A stretch of 58,362 nt of DNA, the filler included, from Sphacelaria rigidula (Eukaryota): assembly GCA_964200075.2 (NCBI GenBank). It is 8 parts of 8 records of this genome, joined end to end, with 100 filler letters (N's around TTAATTAATTAA, not from the genome) between each part and the next. Parts side by side here need not be neighbours in the genome. Positions count along the whole stretch, not along the records: positions 51,156 to 58,362 come from CAXNAA020015966.1; 7 more parts are not named here. One strand, written 5' to 3'. Shown in pieces: positions 51,156 to 58,362 of the stretch; within the stretch, counting starts at the first letter, position 1, and each line of letters opens with the position of its first letter. The position numbers and the translations under genes are program-made. The notes under the pieces were generated by a model that saw nothing but the letters and a program-made list of their open reading frames with translations, had not been told where the DNA came from and did no database searches.

Positions 51156-51489
51156 GGATTGTGTTATGACCGGATGTGTGTCATATGAGGGAGCCGAGCG
51201 TGTGATGCTACCTCCCATGCTCAGTTGTGTTTTTGGTGCATTTCGGTCTTTGCGTTTGGGTTGGAGAGAGCAGCTCGGGTGGAGCGTGCACGGTTGATGT
51301 TGGGTGAGTGAAGGTTATGAGAGTTTAATACAAGAAGAAGGTATACACATTCCCCTGTCCAGAGCGCGTTCGCTACGGGACAGTCCCTTGATCAAATACG
51401 CTAGCGATTTTGAAACAGGTTGAGAGCAGCCGGAAAAGTAGGGAAGTAAGAAGCGAATTTGAGCAATATAGAGTAGCAATCACAGCGCT

Positions 51490-51765
51490 TGAGCCAGCTC
51501 GAGGCAAGATACAGCAGCACTAGATAGCGCTTGACCCCTTGAGAAAGTCACGCAGTTAGCGTTTGTAACAATCAGGGGCAAAATTCAGCAGCACTTGGTA
51601 GCGCTTGAGCCTTCAAAAGGAGTCACGCAATTAGCGTTTGTTACAGTGAGAAGCAAAGTACAGCAGCACTTGATAGCGCTTGAGCCTTCAAAAGAGTTAC
51701 ACAGTTCGCGTTTGTTACAGTTTGAGCAACAATAGAGCAGCATTTGATAGCGCTCGAGTCAACGA
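51490..51765 (+). repeat. ~60-bp tandem subrepeats in the LTR/5' leader
   Basis: cagcagcacttgatagcgcttgagccttcaaaagagtcacgcagttagcgtttgttaca, about 4 copies. Confidence 0.85.
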
Positions 51766-54700
51766 GGAAGGGAGTTAACCAGTGAGAAGTCAATAAGAGT
51801 TTGAAATAATCAATTTAACAACAAGTGACACTAATAGATAATTAAGGTCGATCCATGGCTAATATGAAGAAGTATAGTACCGAAGGGTTGACGGAAACGC
51901 TTCGGCTCATGGAGGTAGAGCAGACCGAAAAACTACGTATCATGGAAGAAAAACACGCAGAGCTTATTGAGACCGCAAAACGCAATGCTATTGTAGTGTA
52001 CGAAAGAGATAGGAGTATGCATTTGGGCGCAGGCGCACAAGGTAATCCCAGGGTGGGTACAGGAAACCGCGACCAGGAGAACAACCCACGTTTTTTCCAA
52101 GAGTTCCGAAGCGATAACTTCACGGGAGGGCAACGTGCCCAACCGAACTTTGTAAGAGTATGTAGCAACACAAGTACTCACCCATGGGACGGTTCAGTAA
52201 AAGCAGGGGAAAGTTTGGAGTTCAAGCTTCGTGTGTTTCAAGTGCAGATGATCGGATATTTTCGTGCCGAGAAATGTTATGATGCTCTTTTTGTTCAGGC
52301 CCCCACTCGCGTGTTTCATGGATCAGAAGAGGAATTGATAGCGTAGCACGGGTACAGGGCAGTGGAAAAAGCTCAGCGGGCTCACGAAATTCTACTCGAG
52401 AAAATCACAGCTCCCGGACTGGTAGAGAATTTTGGGATGCTTGGTTCGCCTAGTGAGTCTTGGGGATTATTTTGTCCAGTACTACACCGTTTCGCCCACC
52501 ACTGAAAAGGCCCCTCTTGAGCAGGAGTGGTCATGCCTAAAGATGTCTCTAGGCGAAACCCCTCTAGTGTTTCTGAACAGGGCGAATTTGATTCGCCACA
52601 AAAGGCCACAAAAGGCACAATTTCGGTCACGTAATTTCGGAGTTTGATGCCAACAGGCATTATGCACGCAGGCTGTCATCAGGGTACGAAATTGAGGGAG
52701 GAGTCCTTCTCGCCATATCAGATATTGACACACAGACCCTACACCGAACGGTGAAAACTACCCATGCTGAGTTGGAACTGTCAAGGAGTAGGACAGACTC
52801 TACGAATAACCATGCCTTGTCTAACATAGCTCAAGATGCATCTCGCAGTGATATATCGGGAAGGCGACGCGGAGGCAGGGGGGGGCAGGCGAAACCACCA
52901 CTGCCGGGAGTGTGGCTCTGACCGCAGTGGGAATTCCACCTCACACCAGCACCCTGACCATGAACCGTCGCCAAGGCTTCATTTCCGATCACATTTTTCA
53001 TCTCCACATGAGCCCCACAACAATGATCCCAATCCAACCCCGCAACCTTCATCATGCAATATTCGCAACTGTAATATATGCCATAATCGAGGTGTTGAAT
53101 ACCACACACGAGGCGGAGGGCGGAGTCATGTTGATCGCCGACAAGGTAATCGATATCCTAACCCGGAGCAGCGTGCCCCTCATCACGGGGGGAAACCACC
53201 CCCCACGTAACCATCACACCAACGATCCTCACGACTTCAGCGACGCCCGACATTCGAGGGAGTCTCAGTCGCGTGCTAACCTTGTACAGTATAGTGAGCC
53301 CCCGACTACTGACGACCACTCTACTCCACCATACAGAGACGATTTCAATGGTGCTGGATATGCCCAATACGTGCAGAGTCATGAGTCATCGTCACATCGA
53401 ACACAGCGCCAATATCAACATCCCCCACCAACAGACAACCTCCAACAGCAACATTCCCAACCGTACCATCCGCCGGGCCAGCAGCATCACTCTTACTACC
53501 ATTCTTACCCGGACAACAGCCATCATCAACTGCAATACCAGACCGCAGCTACACCTCACGACCAACAGCAACATCATCAGCAGCCGGCAGCCCCCCCAGC
53601 TACGTCTGCTCCACCTCCCGATACGCACACTGCGGCACATCCACGACTGTTCATGGCGCGTTCCATGCCCGCAGGCGAGTCTCGGTTTCGGCTTGGGGAT
53701 AATGATTCACGTAGGTATGATATGCTAGGTGGTGGTAGTATCTGGTGAAGATGATCATGCAGAGGAATGGCTCGCGGATACCGGCACTACGTATCATGTT
53801 ACGGGTAGTGTAGATGGCGTTATTGATTTACGACCCCCTCCTCAGGGCATGGAACATTTTGAGACGGCTAAATGGACCAGACTTTCTGTGAAGGCAGTAG
53901 GTAGCTTGAACTTGACATTTCACATGGGATCTTCAGATATTGCAGTCCTCCCAAGTGACTTCCCAATACAGTTGACTGATGTCTACGTCGTAGAGGGCAT
54001 CAAGCTCAATCTTTTCTCTCTTCACCACAATATGCAGGAGCGACATGATATTGTTTTGAATTCCACTGGAGTACATTTGCTCAATGGCAGATTACGATTT
54101 GATCGCAAATCGCAAATTTCATCACAGGTAGCGACGCGTCTTCCCTCGTACAACATTAGTAAGTATGATCCCTCAAGTACTTTAGTTTCGACTCCCTCAA
54201 CCACTATAGTTTCGCCCTCCAGTGTAAGGTCAGATACACCCACTGTAGTTTCGCCCTCCGGTGTAAGGTCGGATGCACGTACTACTGTAGAGTCAGATCT
54301 CCCCAAAACTATAGTCTTTACGTACTACGGTAGATTCTCCACCGGCAGCCGCCCGGACTGTCTGCGATGAATCTGATTTCCGGAATTCTATCGTAGAATT
54401 CTCCCCGGCGCATCATGCGCCCATTGTTACTGTAGCGTCTTGTAGTCAGCCCCCAAGTGAGGAAAATGATAGTTCCCATTCTCCCCCCAGTATTGGCTCA
54501 CGTCATTATTACGCCGAAGGCGTTGTGTCTCTCCCCGTCGGTTTCTTTGTCCAATCCGCCTCTACTACAAGCATTCCGTCTGATACATCAGATGTTAGTA
54601 TTCAGCCTGGTTACCCGGCAAGTGATGTATCTTCCGCACGACCTATTCCGCGTGTACAGCTTCTGCGACCACCGCCGTTACCGCTCGACGGCAAAGGGGG

Positions 54701-55689
54701 TTATGGAGCGAGTACCGTCGCCGATCCGCCGGCATCCCCGCAACCGCCGATGAACGCGGTAGATCCTAAGCCGATTCCACCGCCATTTTCATACCATACT
54801 GGCTCATCGCCAAGCCAGCACCATCACATTTTCACCACTACTGCGCCGCCATTATTTCCACCCACGGCAGTACCGCCACAATTATATTTCCCCGTTGCCG
54901 CTGTGCTGCCGCCACCATTTCCATTCACCACCGCGCCACAACAACCATACTTTATCACAACCCCAAGTCCGACACGACTCATGCCAACACCACTGCCGCC
55001 ACCACCGACACAATCGGCAACACATTGCAATGCGTGTCGTCGTCGGCGCCCATGGGTTGGGGTAGGGAATTGATGCCGGTGGAGTGGAGCAAGTATGAGG
55101 TGCCGTTTCAATGGAGGAGGGGCGTGACTAAGGAAGAATGCAGAAAGCCGGAGATGGACTTTGGAGGATATTTTACTCCGGCTGTGGGCTGTCAAGTGCT
55201 TATTATTTGTAGACCAGTTCAGCTTAATGGTAGATTCATGCATTCGATATTTTGGTTTTGAGCAAAAGCGCACCAGGTGACTACTATCCGAATGCAGTGA
55301 TTTGACTAGTGGGCATCATATCTACAAAGATTGGGATGCTCGAGAAGAATTTGTTTGACCGTGCATGGAGATATCGCGCTTTGTAGTGTATCATACATTT
55401 CACCACAATTCGATTTGACTTCGATTGTTGTGATTCACTCTCGGTTTTTCGTATTGTCACCGAGATGACGACATGATGGGAACTCTCCCCTCATGTGAGT
55501 TTGATTCTCGGCATGAAATTCAAACGTTTCCAAGCATGTGCTGTCGCCACGAAAAGGTCAATGGGCCGATCGATACGACAACGAGATTAATTCTTTATAG
55601 ATCATGACGGATTCTATTCGGTTGATTAATTTATTGACCTTGGATTTCGGGCCATATGTTTGTGAGACACCGTTGGAGAAACATGTCCC

Positions 55690-56000
55690 GAGTTTTGACA
55701 TTTTATGCTTCCGAAATTGGCGAGATGATACGGGATCAGGGGGGTATATAATGTAGGAAATGATTTTCCTTGATGACTCTTATTTTTTCCTTGCTGAGTC
55801 CCTCCATGTACCCCGGCACTTCCGTCGTGAGAAAAGTATGTTTTTCTTGGTAGAGGTTTGGAAAACGTCATGAGTTTAGATACTTTATGCTCCCGAAAAT
55901 GGTGAGGTGATGTGGGGTCAGGGGGGCCTATAATTCAGGAGGCGATGTTCCTTGATGATTTGTTTTTTCTTGCTGAGGTTTCCATGTATCCCGGCATTTG
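55690..56000 (+). repeat. Degenerate ~180-bp tandem duplication
   Basis: gagttt.ga.a.tttatgct.ccgaaa.tgg.gag.tgat...tcaggggg...ccttgatga...cttgctgag...ccatgta.cccggca at 55690 and 55872. Confidence 0.8.
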
Positions 56001-56350
56001 TGCTCTTGATTCGACTGATCTCATGAGATGGACACTAGTGCATGTGTACGTGGATTAATTCGGGTACATGCCGTGCAGGTTGATGGCATATCATGGGTAC
56101 GGGAACGGATTGTGTTATGACCGGATGTGTGTCATATGAGGGAGCCGAGCGTGTGATGCTACCTCCCATGCTCAGTTGTGTTTTTGGTGCATTTCGGTCT
56201 TTGCGTTTGGGTTGGAGAGAGCAGCTCGGGTGGGGCGTGCACGGTTGATGTTGGGTGAGTGAAGGTTATGAGAGTTTAATACAAGAAGAAGGTATACACA
56301 TTCCCCTGTCCAGAGCGCGTTCGCCACGAGACAGTCCCTTGATCAAATAC

Positions 56351-57830
56351 CTGCATACCGTCGTGGAATTGGCGGATAACAGCTATCATCTCATCCAGAA
56401 TACCAGCTCGGGCCGGTACCTGCCACAGAAGCTCTCGGTCGACCGAGTCATGCCGTCTGGAGGTCGACGAAGCACATGTACAGCGGTATTTTCCGCCGCC
56501 GTCCCAGCTTTTGGAGTCGGCGCATTACGAACAGCATGCCGGCAGTGGATCGGTCAGGTCGGAAGCCGCACTGTTCCTCCGGTAATATCCCGTGAGTTTC
56601 GCAGTAGTCGCTGAGGCGGTTGGCCACTATCTTCAGGAGCACTTTTCCTGCGCGCGATACCAGAGAGATCCCCCTGTAGTTATTGCAGTTGGACTGGTCC
56701 GATTTCTTGTACAGCACTTTGTGGTCGCGTCTTTCTACTCCTGCGGGACCTCCCCTCCGTCCCACACCTCGACGAGAATGGTATGGAAGCGTTCAAGGAC
56801 GATGGACTCGACGCGGCTGCCGATCTTGGGTAGCTCCACAGGGAGGGAGTGTCCTGGCGCTTTCTAGTTGTGCATTCCCCCGACTGCTCGTCTCGTTTCC
56901 TCCAGTGTTGGTGCTGCTCCATGCGGTCCTGAATCCCCGGTGGTTGACGCTGCCGGTCGCTGCTTCACCTCCTCGATGGTGGCTGGGTTCAGCGTGGGCG
57001 ATTTGGCGTTGAGCAGGGTGCGGAAGAATCTCGCCCACCGTTCAAGGATGGCAATTTTGTTCCTCAGTAGGAAGCCGTTCTCGTCCTTCACGAACTGCTG
57101 CCCCCCGGATTGCCTTCCACCAAGGCCCACCGATCTCTTGAGACGTTTGTGCAGTCCTCTCATGTCGCGAGCCTTGTAGATCGCTTCTACTCTTGCCACA
57201 TGCCTCTCCAGATGTACATATATGCCGTCATCGATTGCTCTACGCACATTCTTACACGCGGCTTCCACTATGCTGGGGTCCGGTGATGCTTCATCAGTCG
57301 GCGTGCCTCCCGTCGTTTGGCGAGCGCTGCTTCCACTGTTGCTCTCGTGCCGGGGTTTTCACACCATTCTAGCATACGTGGTATACGTGCCTTTTCCGGG
57401 AGTACTGCCTGTGCTGCTTAGTGGATAGCTTCGGTAAACTCCTTCGCGGCCGTCGGTGCGGTTGTGATTGGCTGGTATTTTTGCTCGGCGAGATTATGTA
57501 GGAACCTCTCGGTCACGTGCCACCTTGCCATTTCGGTCTTCAGCTGCTGTCGACTGAATTGCCGCTGCTTCAACTTGGTGCGTACTTGGCGGTTGTGGGC
57601 AAGGCGGCCACCGAGGTCGACAGTGGCCACCACCATGTTGTGGCCCGAGTCCGCTTTAGTCGGGGGTGCGGGTTGGGGGTGAAGGACTACGTTGCGCACT
57701 TTACCTCGGTGTGCCTTCCGGGTAAGGATGTAGTCTATACGCTTGAAGTCGCTCGTGCGATTCCCCACAACACCGTTGTATGTGTGCGAGATTCCGCCTT
57801 TGCGCGTGCTCAAGAAGGTATTCGTTCTGC
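56351..57830 (-). mobile_element. Decayed RTE-like LINE fragment (endonuclease C-terminus + N-half of RT)
   Basis: [84 protein letters not shown]; frameshifted. Confidence 0.9.
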
Positions 57831-57948
57831 AAAGTATTGTTCCGAATTTACACCGGACTGGTTCCCGAAAGGCGATTTCGCAATTTTTACTCTCATTAGA
57901 GTTGGTCAGTGAACGTTGGCACGGACAATCAACAGAGTAAAAAAAAAA

Positions 57949-58120
57949 AGCTGTGTGCGGGGTCCCAAAGTTTTCTTTTTCATGAGTTTAGGGCAAAAAT
58001 CAGTTTTAAGGTAGGCCCCAAAGTTTTTTCGTAAATGAGTTGAGGACAACAATCAGTTTTAATCTTTTCGTAAAATACCGTTAAATCACAAAAAAACTTT
58101 GAGACCCTGCACACAGCTGT
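57949..58120. repeat. Inverted repeat / small MITE-like hairpin
   Basis: agctgtgtgcggggtcccaaagtttt versus aaaactttgagaccctgcacacagct; internal duplicated tgagtt..aatcagttttaa. Confidence 0.7.
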
Positions 58121-58362
58121 TTTTTAGGGCAATATACAAAAAAGGGTACACCCTTATGCTTTTGGTGCAGAAAAGGGTGGCGCATTTTTTGCTTTGGGGC
58201 GCGGCGCTGCACGCTGGCTGAACACCTCAACAACACGTTCCAGCACCTCAACCCCACGCCCAAGGTCGCCGGGCAGCATACCCAACCATTTGTTTTCACT
58301 TTCCCAAGTGTTACTGGGCTGAAGCACCGCGCCGAAAATGAGAGCCTGTGAGAGTGCCCTAG

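Larger units (their letters stand above)
51156..56350 (+). mobile_element. Copia-type LTR element with gag and protease only (no IN/RT/RH seen); decayed
   Basis: Direct repeats 51156-51399 and 56107-56350 (3 mismatches counted). Gag from 51855 with stops/frameshifts. Copia-type protease EEWLADTGTTYHVTG...VYVVEGIKLNLFSL (53729-54370). Then a Pro-rich tract and purine-rich tracts near 55054-55069 and 55114-55122. Confidence 0.8.

Noticed and set aside
52912..55073. His/Gln-rich and Pro-rich ORFs as captured host genes
   Set aside because: Low complexity, and they flank the protease within the retroelement polyprotein region; no host domain recognised.

Overview
Eukaryotic genomic DNA, most likely a brown alga (Phaeophyceae/stramenopile). 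This is inferred from the short GT-AG exons in long repeat-rich introns and from the retroelement types. The window is not one locus. It is eight scaffolds of near-identical length (6 x 7208 nt, then 2 x 7207 nt) joined by an artificial 100-nt spacer (44 N + TTAATTAATTAA + 44 N), so nothing can be inferred across spacers. Scaffold 1 holds a complete 7-exon membrane-anchored MAPR protein with two cytochrome-b5-like heme/steroid-binding domains. Scaffold 2 holds two exons of a sulfotransferase-like protein, minisatellites and a nested palindrome. Scaffold 3 holds one PPR-like exon, MITEs and a tRNA-derived SINE. Scaffold 4 holds exons of a degenerate EF-hand-type protein and SINEs. Scaffold 5 holds the 3' end of a coiled-coil protein with a CaaX box. 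Scaffold 6 holds six exons of a PH-domain + CAMK-group kinase resembling apicomplexan CDPK7. Scaffold 7 holds decayed Ty3/Gypsy, LINE and Copia-gag relics. Scaffold 8 holds a Copia-type element with gag and protease but no visible IN/RT/RH, abutting an RTE-like LINE. I see no convincing wholly new multi-gene system. The best leads are the tandem MAPR, the atypical sulfotransferase-like protein, the CDPK7-like kinase, the gag/protease-only element and the nested palindrome.
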